A stretch of 52,095 nucleotides of DNA from an uncultured Acidimicrobiaceae bacterium (GCA_964617995.1 CAZTXD010000003.1:18470-70564); one strand, 5' to 3'. Shown: positions 35,872 to 44,805, counted from the first letter of the stretch. Notes: generated by a model from the letters alone, not told the origin. A program made the numbers and translations.

Positions 35872-36879
35872 TCAGTACTCGTCGTCGGGGCGGCGCTGCT
35901 TGGACGGCTGCACACGCGGCGGCTCGCCCGGCTGCTTGGGATAGTGGGGCGGCCAGGGCGCGTCGCCGATCCCGTCGGCGTCGTCGCGGACCACCCACTC
36001 CAGCAGCGTCTCGATCCGTCCCGGTGAGTCGTCGATGCCCCTGGTGAGGTCCCCGACGGCGGTGTAGCGGTCCCCGGCGTAGCTACCGAGGGGGAAGTCC
36101 TCGATGTGCACGTCGTCGAGCTCGTCCCACCGGAAAGGCGCCGAGACATAGCCGGTGGGTCGGATGCCGTAGGCGGAGGAGACGGTCTTGTCGCGGGCGT
36201 TCTGGTTGTAGTCGATGAACACGCCCTCCCGCTCTTCCTTCCACCACTTGGTGGTGACCAGGCCGGGGAGCCTCCGTTCCAGCTCCCGGGCGAACGCCAG
36301 CACGGCGCGACGGGTCTGGAGGAAGTCCCACAGGGGCTCGATCCGTACGTACACGTGGATGCCGCGGCTGCCCGACGTCTTGGGCCATCCCACCAGGCCG
36401 ACCTCGTCCAGCAGGTCCTTGGCTCCCGCCACCGCCGTGCGCACGTCGTCGAAGTCGTACCCGGGAGTCGGGTCGAAGTCGAAGCGGAGCTCGTCGGGAT
36501 GGTCGATGTCACGGTCGCGCACCGGCCAGGGATGGAAGTCGAGGCAGCCGAGTTGGGCGAGACGGATGACGTCGGCCTCGGTGCGGGGAACGTTCATCGA
36601 GCCGGGGCGCTGAGAGGGAAACCGGATCTGCACCGTGTCGAAGGGGGTGTTCTTGGCCGCCCGCTTGTGGTAGACGGGGTCCTCGTCCACGCCGTGCATG
36701 TATCGCTTCAGCATCGTCGGCCGGTCGCTGATTCCCCTGACGGCGCCCTCGGCGACGGCGCGGAAGTGCTCCACCACATCCAGCTTGGTCCACCCTTGCC
36801 GGGGAAACACCACCCGGCCGGGAGAGCTGACCCGTACTCGTTCTCCGCCCACCTCGACGTGGGTTTCGTCCTTTCCCAT
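35872..36879 (-). CDS. LigD-type primase-polymerase (AEP; Prim-PolC-like) stand-alone protein
   Basis: LRFDFDP is the DxD metal site, and KTSGSRGIHVYV and DYNQNARDKT are present. This is the typical NHEJ/BER polymerase-domain pattern. TACCAT lies 6 nt before the ATG, which suggests a leaderless mRNA. Confidence 0.88.
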   Translation of the reverse strand: MGKDETHVEVGGERVRVSSPGRVVFPRQGWTKLDVVEHFRAVAEGAVRGISDRPTMLKRYMHGVDEDPVYHKRAAKNTPFDTVQIRFPSQRPGSMNVPRTEADVIRLAQLGCLDFHPWPVRDRDIDHPDELRFDFDPTPGYDFDDVRTAVAGAKDLLDEVGLVGWPKTSGSRGIHVYVRIEPLWDFLQTRRAVLAFARELERRLPGLVTTKWWKEEREGVFIDYNQNARDKTVSSAYGIRPTGYVSAPFRWDELDDVHIEDFPLGSYAGDRYTAVGDLTRGIDDSPGRIETLLEWVVRDDADGIGDAPWPPHYPKQPGEPPRVQPSKQRRPDDEY

Positions 36880-36954
36880 CGTCTGATGGTACGGCCATCC
36901 GGAAACGGATTAGCCTCTACCCGCAGGTCGGCCAGCCCCGTCGGGAGGTAGGAA

Positions 36955-37242
36955 GTGAAGTTCAGTCAGCACATCGTCGTCTACGCCTCGGACGAGCAGG
37001 CGCTCCGTGAGCTCGTCGAGGACGACAGCGCAGTCCCCGACGGATACATCGGTGGCCGACTCCTGAAGTTCCGTGACAAACCCGGCCGCTATGTCATCCA
37101 AGCCGACTTCGACTCGTGGGAGAGCGCCGAACGCAGCAACGACCTCCCCGAGACCCAGGCATGGGCCGAGCGCCTCCTGGCCCTGATAGACGGCGACCCC
37201 AAGTACGAGAACCTCGACGTCCTGCTGGAGCTCGACGCCTGA
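36955..37242 (+). CDS. Small hypothetical protein (possibly ABM/dimeric alpha-beta-barrel-like)
   Basis: GTG start behind GGGAGGTAGGAA. The 95-aa product has gene-like composition. The fold assignment is only a guess. Confidence 0.45.
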   Translation: MKFSQHIVVYASDEQALRELVEDDSAVPDGYIGGRLLKFRDKPGRYVIQADFDSWESAERSNDLPETQAWAERLLALIDGDPKYENLDVLLELDA

Positions 37243-37247
37243 CAGAG

Positions 37248-37282
37248 TTGTCGGTTTTCGGTTGTCGGTTGTCGGTGCCTGG
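37248..37282. repeat. Heptamer tandem repeat in a convergent spacer
   Basis: GTTGTCG GTTTTCG GTTGTCG GTTGTCG GTGCCTG lies between the stops at 37242 and 37293. The minus-strand RNA over this stretch would be C-rich and G-poor. Confidence 0.8.
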
Positions 37283-37292
37283 TCAGGGTCGG

Positions 37293-38480
37293 TCAGGTCA
37301 CCGCTTCGAACAGGCCGGCGGCGCCCTGGCCTCCACCGACGCACATCGTCACGACCCCGTATCCCCCACCGCGCCGTCCCAGCTCCCGGAGGAGATGACC
37401 CACCTGCCGAGCGCCCGTCATGCCGTAGGGATGACCGATGGCGATAGCCCCGCCGTTCACGTTGAATATCTCGTTGTCGATCTTCAGGCGGTCCCGGCAG
37501 TAGAGGGCCTGCACGGCGAAAGCCTCGTTCAGCTCCCACAGGTCGATGTCGTCGGTGGTCAGACCGGCTCTCTCCAGCAGCGGCGGCACGGCGAAGACCG
37601 GTCCGATGCCCATCTCGTCGGGATCCACCCCTGCCACGGTCATCCCGCGGTAGTAACCCAATGGCTCGACGCCCCGTCGTCGGGCTTCTCCCGCTTCCAT
37701 CACCACCGTCGCCGCCGCTCCGTCCGAGAGCTGGGATGCGTTACCTGCGGTGACGGTCTTGTCTTCTCCGCGAACCGGGCGAAGTGACGCCAGGGCTTCC
37801 AGGGTCGTGTCGGGCCGGTTTCCCTCATCGAGACGCAGCGTCACCTGCTCGGCCGACTCCTCGGTGGTTTCCCTGTCCGTCACCTTCTTCGTGACGGTGA
37901 CTTCGATGATCTCGTCGTCGAACACACCCGCCTCCTGAGCGGCGGCTGTCCGCTGCTGGGACTGCAGGGCGTATTCGTCGCTCGACTCACGGGGGATTCC
38001 ATATCGCTCTGCCACCACCTCGGCCGTGTCGATCATCGGCATGTAGGCGTGGGGCTGTATCTCGAGGAGGGCCGGGTCCATGCCCCGATGGAGGTTGAGA
38101 TGCTCGTTCTGGACCAGGCTGATCGAATCGACCCCACCGCCTACCACGATGTCGTGCCCGTCGACGATCACCTGCTTGGCGGCGGTCGCCACAGCCATGA
38201 GACCCGACGAACACTGGCGGTCGATGGACATGCCCGGCACCGACGAGGGAAGACCGGCGGCGAGGGCCGCGAGACGGCCGATGTTGGGCCATTGGGTGCC
38301 CTGCTGCATGGCGCATCCCAGGATGACATCGTCGATCTCGTCGGCGCCCACTCCTGCCCTCTCGATCGCCGCCATGATCGGGAGGGCAGCCAGCGACGGA
38401 GCCTCGGTGTCGTTGAAGGCCCCCCGGTAGGCCCGCCCGATGGGTGTTCGGGCTGTCGAGACGATGACGGCTTCACGCAT
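37293..38480 (-). CDS. Acetyl-CoA C-acetyltransferase (thiolase II family)
   Basis: The active-site Cys context is [27 protein letters not shown] and MCVGGGQG C-terminal motifs are present. Confidence 0.93.
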   Translation of the reverse strand: MREAVIVSTARTPIGRAYRGAFNDTEAPSLAALPIMAAIERAGVGADEIDDVILGCAMQQGTQWPNIGRLAALAAGLPSSVPGMSIDRQCSSGLMAVATAAKQVIVDGHDIVVGGGVDSISLVQNEHLNLHRGMDPALLEIQPHAYMPMIDTAEVVAERYGIPRESSDEYALQSQQRTAAAQEAGVFDDEIIEVTVTKKVTDRETTEESAEQVTLRLDEGNRPDTTLEALASLRPVRGEDKTVTAGNASQLSDGAAATVVMEAGEARRRGVEPLGYYRGMTVAGVDPDEMGIGPVFAVPPLLERAGLTTDDIDLWELNEAFAVQALYCRDRLKIDNEIFNVNGGAIAIGHPYGMTGARQVGHLLRELGRRGGGYGVVTMCVGGGQGAAGLFEAVT

Positions 38481-38600
38481 GCTGCGGCGCTCCTGATCGC
38501 GGAGTGGTTTGAGGCGAAAGCTACTCGACGCGGCCGATCACCTCACCATGGACGAAGTGCGCCATGGTGCGATCGCGTCCGAGTCGGTACCCTTTGGCCC

Positions 38601-40265
38601 ATGACGGACCTCGTCAGGAAGATCCGCGACTCGGTGATAGGAGCGGACACGGCCGTGGCCACCCCTTTCGGAATGCGCCGGGTGACCTACGCCGACTACA
38701 CCGCCTCCGGCCGCTCGCTCGGCTTCATCGAGGACTACATCCGCACCGCGGTCCTGCCTCTGTATGCCAACACCCACACCGAGACGTCGGGAACGGGGCT
38801 CCAGACCACCCGATTTCGGGAGGAAGCCCGTGACATCATCCGTCGCTGCGTAGGCGCCAACCGCGACGAGCACGCCGTCATATTCGCCGGCTCCGGTTCC
38901 ACCGGTGCCATCGACCGGCTGATCACCATTCTTGGGATCCGCATCCCGGCAGGTCTGGACGACCGGTACGGGCTGTCGGACTGTATTCCGCCCGACGAGC
39001 GCCCCGTGGTGTTCGTTGGGCCATACGAGCACCACTCCAACGAACTCGGGTGGCGGGAGTCGATCGCCGACGTGGTCGAGATACGCGAGGACCCCGACGG
39101 CCACATCGACCTCGGTGACCTGGAGGCCCGCCTCATCGAGTTCTCCCGGCGTCCCCTGCGAATCGGCAGCTTCTCCGCCGCCTCCAATGTCACCGGCATC
39201 ATCTCGGACACGTCGGCCATCTCCGCCCTCCTCCATCGCCACGGCGCCCTGTCCTTCTGGGATTTCGCCGCCGCCGCTCCCTATGTCGGCATCGAGATGC
39301 GATCACCGCAGAACGACGGTGACGACTACAAGGACGCCATCTTCATATCCCCTCACAAGTTCATCGGCGGCCCGGGCACACCCGGGGTCCTGGTGGCGCG
39401 GCGGGATCTCCTCGTCAACCCTGTTCCCTCGGTCCCGGGTGGAGGCACCGTCACCTATGTCAACGAGGATCACCATCGATACGTCGCCGAGCCCGAGCAT
39501 CGCGAGGAAGGCGGCACCCCGGCCATAGTCGAGTCGATTCGCGCCGGCCTGGTGTTCGCCCTCAAGGAGGAGGTGGGGGCCGACCTGATCCGCAAGCTGG
39601 AGCACGAGTTCATCCGCCGTGCCATCGACTCCTGGTCCAAGAATCCCTCCATCCGCATCCTGGGCAATCCCGAGGCCGACCGGCTCTCGATCGTCTCCTT
39701 CGTGGTCAGAGCGCCCGAGCACCTGGGCGCCGACCGCTACCTGCATCACAACTTCGTGGTGGCGGTGCTCAACGACCTGTTCGGTATCCAGGCCCGGGGA
39801 GGATGCTCTTGCGCGGGACCGTACGGGCACCGGCTGCTCGGCATCGACAACGCCACGAGTGCCCGTTTGGAGACGGAGATCGCCGCCGGATGCGAGGTGA
39901 TCAAGCCGGGATGGGTGAGGATCAACTTCAACTACTTCATATCCGAAGAGGAGTTCGACTATCTGGTGGACGCCGTCCATCTGGTGGCAGAATCGGGATG
40001 GCGTCTGCTCCCCCGGTATCGATTCGAAACCGCCACCGGAGGGTGGCGGCATCGGGACGGCCTCGCCGCCACCCCGCTCACCCTGGATGCGTTCCTGGGA
40101 GGAACCGCCACCGAGCGGGACGTCGAGCCTCTGGAACGACTGGCGGATCACCTGACCGAGGCCCGCAGGATCCTCGCGAGCGTCCATCCCGACGGCGACA
40201 GCTCCGGACAGCTCCCCATCTCGTCCGAGGCTCTCCGGTGGTTCCCGTTGCCGGCGGAAGTCTGA
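38601..40265 (+). CDS. Class V-fold PLP-dependent enzyme (cysteine desulfurase/selenocysteine lyase-like, long form)
   Basis: YADYTASGR, NTHTE and the PLP-lysine context FISPHKFIGGPG are present, along with a C-terminal RGGCSCAGPYGH. The start is set at ATG 38601. The upstream part of the track ORF is antisense to the thiolase. Confidence 0.8.
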   Translation: MTDLVRKIRDSVIGADTAVATPFGMRRVTYADYTASGRSLGFIEDYIRTAVLPLYANTHTETSGTGLQTTRFREEARDIIRRCVGANRDEHAVIFAGSGSTGAIDRLITILGIRIPAGLDDRYGLSDCIPPDERPVVFVGPYEHHSNELGWRESIADVVEIREDPDGHIDLGDLEARLIEFSRRPLRIGSFSAASNVTGIISDTSAISALLHRHGALSFWDFAAAAPYVGIEMRSPQNDGDDYKDAIFISPHKFIGGPGTPGVLVARRDLLVNPVPSVPGGGTVTYVNEDHHRYVAEPEHREEGGTPAIVESIRAGLVFALKEEVGADLIRKLEHEFIRRAIDSWSKNPSIRILGNPEADRLSIVSFVVRAPEHLGADRYLHHNFVVAVLNDLFGIQARGGCSCAGPYGHRLLGIDNATSARLETEIAAGCEVIKPGWVRINFNYFISEEEFDYLVDAVHLVAESGWRLLPRYRFETATGGWRHRDGLAATPLTLDAFLGGTATERDVEPLERLADHLTEARRILASVHPDGDSSGQLPISSEALRWFPLPAEV

Positions 40266-40276
40266 ATCCCGGGTCG

Positions 40277-40699
40277 ATGTACGAGGCAACCACCGTCACC
40301 GTGTCGATCACCCGCCCCGCCGACACGGTGTATGCCTACATCTCGGATCCCTCCAAGCTGGCGGAGTGGTCCTTCTTCCAGTCGGCGGTGCCGACCGACG
40401 ACGGCTGGCGGATGGGAACACCCGCCGGGGAGGCCCTGTTGAGACTCGTCGACGCCAACGACTTCGGCGTCGCCGACCACACGATCCAGACGAGCGACGG
40501 CCGTGAGGTGTACATCCCGATGCGGGTCGTTCCCAACGGCGAGGGCAGCGAGGTGATCTTCACCGCCTTCCGGGCTCCCGGCATGTCCGACGAGGAGTAC
40601 GCCGCCGACGTGAGTCAGGTCGAGGCCGACCTGGGGCGGCTGAAGGAGCTGCTGGAGGCGGCCACCGGCCCGACGCGTCAGCCATTGAGGTACACGTAG
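40277..40699 (+). CDS. SRPBCC (START/polyketide-cyclase-like) family protein
   Basis: The ~140-aa protein begins VSITRPADTVYAYISDPSKLAEWS, which is typical of SRPBCC ligand-binding proteins. Confidence 0.65.
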   Translation: MYEATTVTVSITRPADTVYAYISDPSKLAEWSFFQSAVPTDDGWRMGTPAGEALLRLVDANDFGVADHTIQTSDGREVYIPMRVVPNGEGSEVIFTAFRAPGMSDEEYAADVSQVEADLGRLKELLEAATGPTRQPLRYT

Positions 40700-41163
40700 C
40701 TCAGCGACTCCCCCTTGTAGTCGGCGGTGACCCGCCAGCAGCCGGGCTCATCGGGATCGACTCCGGCGATCATGAACCAGCCGTCGATGGCGGTGTGAGC
40801 GTTGGTGCCTGGGCCGGGCTCCATGATCCGAGCTCGGTCGGCATCCAGGCGCTCCCACGTCACCGATATCTCGGGGCGCTCCTCCTGGCGGCCTCCCGGG
40901 AACCGGGTCGACCACCACACGCTCTTGCGGGGAACGTAGACGCCGTCGACCGGCAGCACCGTCCAGAGGCTCCCTGAGCCGTACCAGGCGAGGTCGTTCG
41001 TTCCTTTCACCGAGGGATTGACCGGGAACGGTCGGGGCGCCGCCAAGCCCTCTCCGGGGAGAGTCACCGGACACTCGTCGGTCGCGGTCGCCCCATCGCC
41101 GGCTGCCATCGCCACCCAGGATGCGATCAGAGCCGCGATGATCACGGCCATGGCTGTGCGCAT
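40678..41163 (-). CDS. Secreted hypothetical protein
   Basis: The signal peptide is MRTAMAVIIAALIASWVAMAAG. The 161-aa protein has its 3' end overlapping the convergent SRPBCC gene by 22 nt. Confidence 0.5.
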   Translation of the reverse strand: MRTAMAVIIAALIASWVAMAAGDGATATDECPVTLPGEGLAAPRPFPVNPSVKGTNDLAWYGSGSLWTVLPVDGVYVPRKSVWWSTRFPGGRQEERPEISVTWERLDADRARIMEPGPGTNAHTAIDGWFMIAGVDPDEPGCWRVTADYKGESLSYVYLNG

Positions 41164-41238
41164 ACCCGTCCATACACCGGTACCCGGACGTGGGTTCCGG
41201 GTCGCCGGCGGAACCGAGCGGCGGCGACTGGTGTAGTC

Positions 41239-41820
41239 ATGGTGATGAGGAAGTCGGTGGAGGGCCGTCCACTGAACGAAGCGGAGCTGATCGAAAGGAC
41301 GATCGACGGTGACCTCTCGGCCTTCGAGGAGCTGGTGCGGGCTCACCAGCAGGTGGCCCTGCGGGTGGCCTACGTCGTCCTGGGCGACTCCGATGAGGCG
41401 CAGGACGTGACCCAGGAAGCGTTCGTCAAGGCCCATAGGGCTCTGGGCAGGTTCCGACGGGAATCACCGTTTCGCCCCTGGCTGCTGAGGATCGTCCGCA
41501 ACGAAGCCCTCAACCGTCGACGTCGCCGGGGGCGTCAGGATCGATTGGCCCTCCGGGTCGTCAACGAGGAGGCGACGGGAGGTGCGGCCCCATCTCCCGA
41601 GGCCTCCCTACTCGTCGACGAGAGCAGAAGGCAGGTCCTCGACGCCGTGGAGAGGCTACCCACCCGCTACCGGAACGTGATCGTCCACCGCTTCCTGCTG
41701 GAGCTGTCCGAGGCGGAGACGGCGCGGACGCTGGGTGTGCCGGCCGGAACGGTCAAGTCTCGTGTCCATCGTGGGCTCGCCCGGTTGCGGGCGATGATGC
41801 GAGAGGTCGACGATGAGTGA
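41239..41820 (+). CDS. ECF-type RNA polymerase sigma factor
   Basis: Region 2 reads DVTQEAFVKAHRAL..F......RPWLLRIVRNEALN. Region 4 reads LPTRYRNVIVHRFLLELSEAETARTLGVPAGTVKSRVHRG. Confidence 0.92.
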   Translation: MVMRKSVEGRPLNEAELIERTIDGDLSAFEELVRAHQQVALRVAYVVLGDSDEAQDVTQEAFVKAHRALGRFRRESPFRPWLLRIVRNEALNRRRRRGRQDRLALRVVNEEATGGAAPSPEASLLVDESRRQVLDAVERLPTRYRNVIVHRFLLELSEAETARTLGVPAGTVKSRVHRGLARLRAMMREVDDE

Positions 41821-42586
41821 CCGCGCCGACATCGAAAGGGCCCTGGCCGACCTGTCGACCCGGATCTCCTGGCCCGACGACGCCGATCTGGTTCCCGTCG
41901 TGAGGAGGCGCCTCCTCGAGACCGCGGATGCCCGATCGCTCCCGGGCCGGCCGTTCAAGGTCGCCGCCGCGGCCCTGTTGATCATCGTCGGGATCCTGGC
42001 CCTGCCCGCCGGGAGGCAGGCCGTGGCCGATCTGCTGGGCGTAGCTGGGATCGAGATCTCGTTCGGATCCGCCTCCGGCTTCGAGGCACCCGGCGACCTG
42101 GAGCTCGGTGAGCCCGTTTCGGTCGTCGAGGCCGCAGAGGCGGCTCCTTTCCCCCTGCTCGTCGCGTCGCATCCCCGCCTGGGCGCACCCGACGACGTCT
42201 ACTTGATCGCCGAGGATCCCATCCAGGTGACGCTCGTGTGGCATGGAAACGACGTGCTGCCGGCTGCCGGTGACGGCGGAATCGCTTTGCTCCACACCCA
42301 GTTCCGACCCGACGGAGATGTGATAGCGAGAAAGGAGATCGGAGCGACGACCGCTCTGGAGCCGGTGACGGTTCGGGGCCGTGACGGCTGGTGGATCGGC
42401 GGAGCGCCCCACATCATCGATGTCCCGGACCTGGAGGGCCCCGCCGACAGGACCCGTCTACGTCTCGCCGCCAACGTCCTCATGTGGGAGGAGGGCACCG
42501 TCACCCACCGGATCGAGACGACGCTCGACCTGTCGCAGGCCCTAGAGATCGCCGAATCACTCCACCCCGTGGGAGCCATTCCGTAG
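41813..42586 (+). CDS. Putative single-pass anti-sigma factor
   Basis: It overlaps the sigma gene by 8 nt. A short cytoplasmic N-terminus precedes the TM helix AAAALLIIVGILAL and a ~190-aa extracytoplasmic domain. Confidence 0.6.
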   Translation: MSDRADIERALADLSTRISWPDDADLVPVVRRRLLETADARSLPGRPFKVAAAALLIIVGILALPAGRQAVADLLGVAGIEISFGSASGFEAPGDLELGEPVSVVEAAEAAPFPLLVASHPRLGAPDDVYLIAEDPIQVTLVWHGNDVLPAAGDGGIALLHTQFRPDGDVIARKEIGATTALEPVTVRGRDGWWIGGAPHIIDVPDLEGPADRTRLRLAANVLMWEEGTVTHRIETTLDLSQALEIAESLHPVGAIP

Positions 42587-42622
42587 CGAAGGCGGCGATG
42601 GCCGTCTCCCCCGCCTACCGGG

Positions 42623-43162
42623 TCAGCCACCGGTGGGACGGCTGTGGCGAATCGACACCACCAGAGCGGTCAGTGCCAGCGCCAGGGCGGCACCCGTGAC
42701 CATCCTCCACCCTCGTTCGCCGGTCACCTCGACACCCGGAGGAGCGAGGCCTTCGACCCGGGCGGAGACGGCGGAGTCCTCTGCGGTCACCGCCGGATCA
42801 CCCACGATCAGGACCCCGGCCATTCCCTCGCCCGCCGTCGTGCCGTGCAGGGTGCAGTAGACACGAACGACACCCGGATCGTCCACAGCGACCTCGAAGG
42901 TATCCCCGGGCTGGAGCAGGCCGCTGTCGAAGGATCCGTCCACGGCGGTGACGCTGTGGGGCAGGTTCCCGTGGTTTCTCACCGTGACCGAGGAGCCGGC
43001 CGGGACGAAATGGGCCACCCCGTCATAGCAGGAGTCCTCCATGCCCAGCTCGGCACCTTCCGAGAAGCCTGGGCAGGGGTTCGTGTGCCCCCCGCCTCCC
43101 GCCAGGGCGGACCCCGGCAGAATGAGGAGGAGGGCGACCGACATCAATAGTGCCTTTCTCAT
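42623..43162 (-). CDS. Membrane-anchored cupredoxin (type-1 copper protein-like)
   Basis: The start is ATG 43162 behind GGAGG, with the signal peptide MRKALLMSVALLLILPGSALA. Candidate Cu ligands are H in NLPHSV and C/H/M in YCTLHGTTAGEGM. The C-terminal TM helix is MVTGAALALALTALVV. Confidence 0.7.
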   Translation of the reverse strand: MRKALLMSVALLLILPGSALAGGGGHTNPCPGFSEGAELGMEDSCYDGVAHFVPAGSSVTVRNHGNLPHSVTAVDGSFDSGLLQPGDTFEVAVDDPGVVRVYCTLHGTTAGEGMAGVLIVGDPAVTAEDSAVSARVEGLAPPGVEVTGERGWRMVTGAALALALTALVVSIRHSRPTGG

Positions 43163-43246
43163 CGTGACCTCCTGACGGCAAGTACACCGGAAGCACGGAT
43201 TCGGTTCCGGCTTCGTCGAGCCACCCGGCCCTCTACGCTGCCTGTA

Positions 43247-43720
43247 ATGGTCGATCCTGTCGAGAACCCGGCCGACGAGGACATAGCCAGGTGGCATCGG
43301 ACGTTCGCTCCGCGGTTCTTCAACCGCACATGGGAGCTGATGGACCGCTCCGACCTCGACGACGACGAGCGCCACGAGATGCTCACATCGGCTTTCGCCC
43401 AGCGTGCCCACTGGTATGCGGTGGGCGACGCCAGGAACCGGGCCATCGCCGACTGGCTGGTGTCACGGGCGGCGGTACTCGCCGGCTACCCCACTCTGGC
43501 ACGTCATTTCGGCGAGCACTCACTCGAGACGTCGGCCGGATTGGATCCCTTCGTGGCCGGGTTCGCTCACGAAGCCATCGCCCGGGCGGCAGCCCTCGTG
43601 GACGACCTCGCCACCTTCGAGGCCCACATGAAGGCGGCGCGCGCCCTTCTCGTCCAGGTCGATGACCAAGAGGAGCGTCGGGTGTTGGAGGCCGACCTCG
43701 ACGAGATGGGGTCCGGGTGA
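43247..43720 (+). CDS. Hypothetical helical protein
   Basis: The 157-aa ORF has coherent codon usage. No family was recognised. Confidence 0.45.
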   Translation: MVDPVENPADEDIARWHRTFAPRFFNRTWELMDRSDLDDDERHEMLTSAFAQRAHWYAVGDARNRAIADWLVSRAAVLAGYPTLARHFGEHSLETSAGLDPFVAGFAHEAIARAAALVDDLATFEAHMKAARALLVQVDDQEERRVLEADLDEMGSG

Positions 43721-43814
43721 CGTTCGTCGTCATGGGGCAGGACCGGCCGGGCCGGCCACGGTCCCCGATCCGACGAAGCACGGAGAATGCCGTGCCGCAA
43801 AGGGGAGGATCGGC

Positions 43815-43856
43815 TTGCCGGCAGCGATGACCGTCGTCGCTCCCGCCATCGCATGA
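43815..43856 (+). CDS. Possible 13-codon upstream ORF coupled to the SDR gene
   Basis: AGGGGAGGA (43801-43809) lies 5-6 nt before TTG 43815. The frame stays open to TGA 43854-43856, which overlaps ATG 43853 of the next gene. That gene has no SD of its own. Confidence 0.2.
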   Translation: MPAAMTVVAPAIA

Positions 43857-44773
43857 CGAAGATCCTCGTGACCGGCGCCGCCGGGTACCTCGGCCGTCTG
43901 GTCGGGACCCGCCTCGCCGCCCAGGTGGACGTGATCGGGGTGGACATGAGGCCGGCGTCCGTCCCTTTCGATCTGCGGCGGATGGACGTCGGGGATCCCA
44001 CGATCGGTGACATGATGGCGGCCGAGGGAGTGACCCATGTGGTCCATCTGGCGGCGGTCCCGGAGACCAGCGGAGATCGCGGCCGGCACTACGACCCGGA
44101 CGTGAACGGGACCCGCAACGTGGTGGCGGGATGCATCTCCGCCGGGGTGGGCCACCTCACGGTCACCAGCTCCGAGGCCGCCTACGGCTATCACGCCGAC
44201 AACCCCATGCCCCTCAACGAGGACGACCCGCTGCGCGGGAACCCCGAGTTCCCCTACTCCGACCGCATGCGCCGGGTGGAGGAGGATCTGGCACAGACCC
44301 GAAGGGACAACCCTGCCCTGGGCCAGTTGATACTCAGGGTCGGGACGGTCCTGGGGGCGGGAACAGACGACCTCACCAGTGCGCTCTTCCGCCGGCGGAT
44401 CCTGCTCACGGTCTCGGAGTCGGCGCCTTTCGTGTTCATCTGGGATCACGACCTGGCCACGGTCATCGAAACGGGCGTGGCGCACGACAGAACCGGGATC
44501 TTCAACGTGGCCGGAGACGGGACCGTCACCATGGAGCGCATCGGACAACTGCTCGGCAGGCCGGTCGTGTCGGTGCCGGCCGGTCTACTGCGGACGGTAC
44601 GGTCGGCGGCGCGCAAGGTCGGTATCGGGAGGTACGGCCCCGAGCAGGTCGATTTCCTGCGCTATCGACCGGTCCTCGACAACACCCGCCTGAAGACCCG
44701 GTTCGGATTCGTGCCCTCCCGGAGCTCCGAGGAGGCATTCATCTACTTCGCCGACGCCCTCCGTCGCCGATGA
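43853..44773 (+). CDS. NAD-dependent epimerase/dehydratase (extended SDR) family protein
   Basis: MTKILVTGAAGYLG is a Rossmann motif, with VVHLAA and SSEAAYG also present. Confidence 0.8.
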   Translation: MTKILVTGAAGYLGRLVGTRLAAQVDVIGVDMRPASVPFDLRRMDVGDPTIGDMMAAEGVTHVVHLAAVPETSGDRGRHYDPDVNGTRNVVAGCISAGVGHLTVTSSEAAYGYHADNPMPLNEDDPLRGNPEFPYSDRMRRVEEDLAQTRRDNPALGQLILRVGTVLGAGTDDLTSALFRRRILLTVSESAPFVFIWDHDLATVIETGVAHDRTGIFNVAGDGTVTMERIGQLLGRPVVSVPAGLLRTVRSAARKVGIGRYGPEQVDFLRYRPVLDNTRLKTRFGFVPSRSSEEAFIYFADALRRR

Positions 44774-44805
44774 CCGTCGTCCACCGGGGTTCGAGGTTTT
44801 TCCCC

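Noticed and set aside
31432-36879. A complete Ku-dependent NHEJ locus.
   Set aside because: No Ku-like ORF exists anywhere in the window. The ligase lacks fused Pol and PE domains. The pair fits the LigC/Prim-PolC type better.
37262-37292. TTGTCGGTG within the heptamer repeat resembles the RecA-independent (PafBC-type) DNA-damage promoter motif tTGTCRgtg-N8-TAnnnT. This seemed tempting because the PrimPol gene is nearby.
   Set aside because: No TAnnnT follows at the required 8-nt spacing. The motif also points into the 3' end of a convergent gene, so there is nothing for it to transcribe.
38548-38604. An 18-codon uORF ending in ATGA on the start of the PLP-enzyme gene.
   Set aside because: No SD precedes its ATG, and open short frames are expected by chance. 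The evidence is weaker than for the 43815 uORF.
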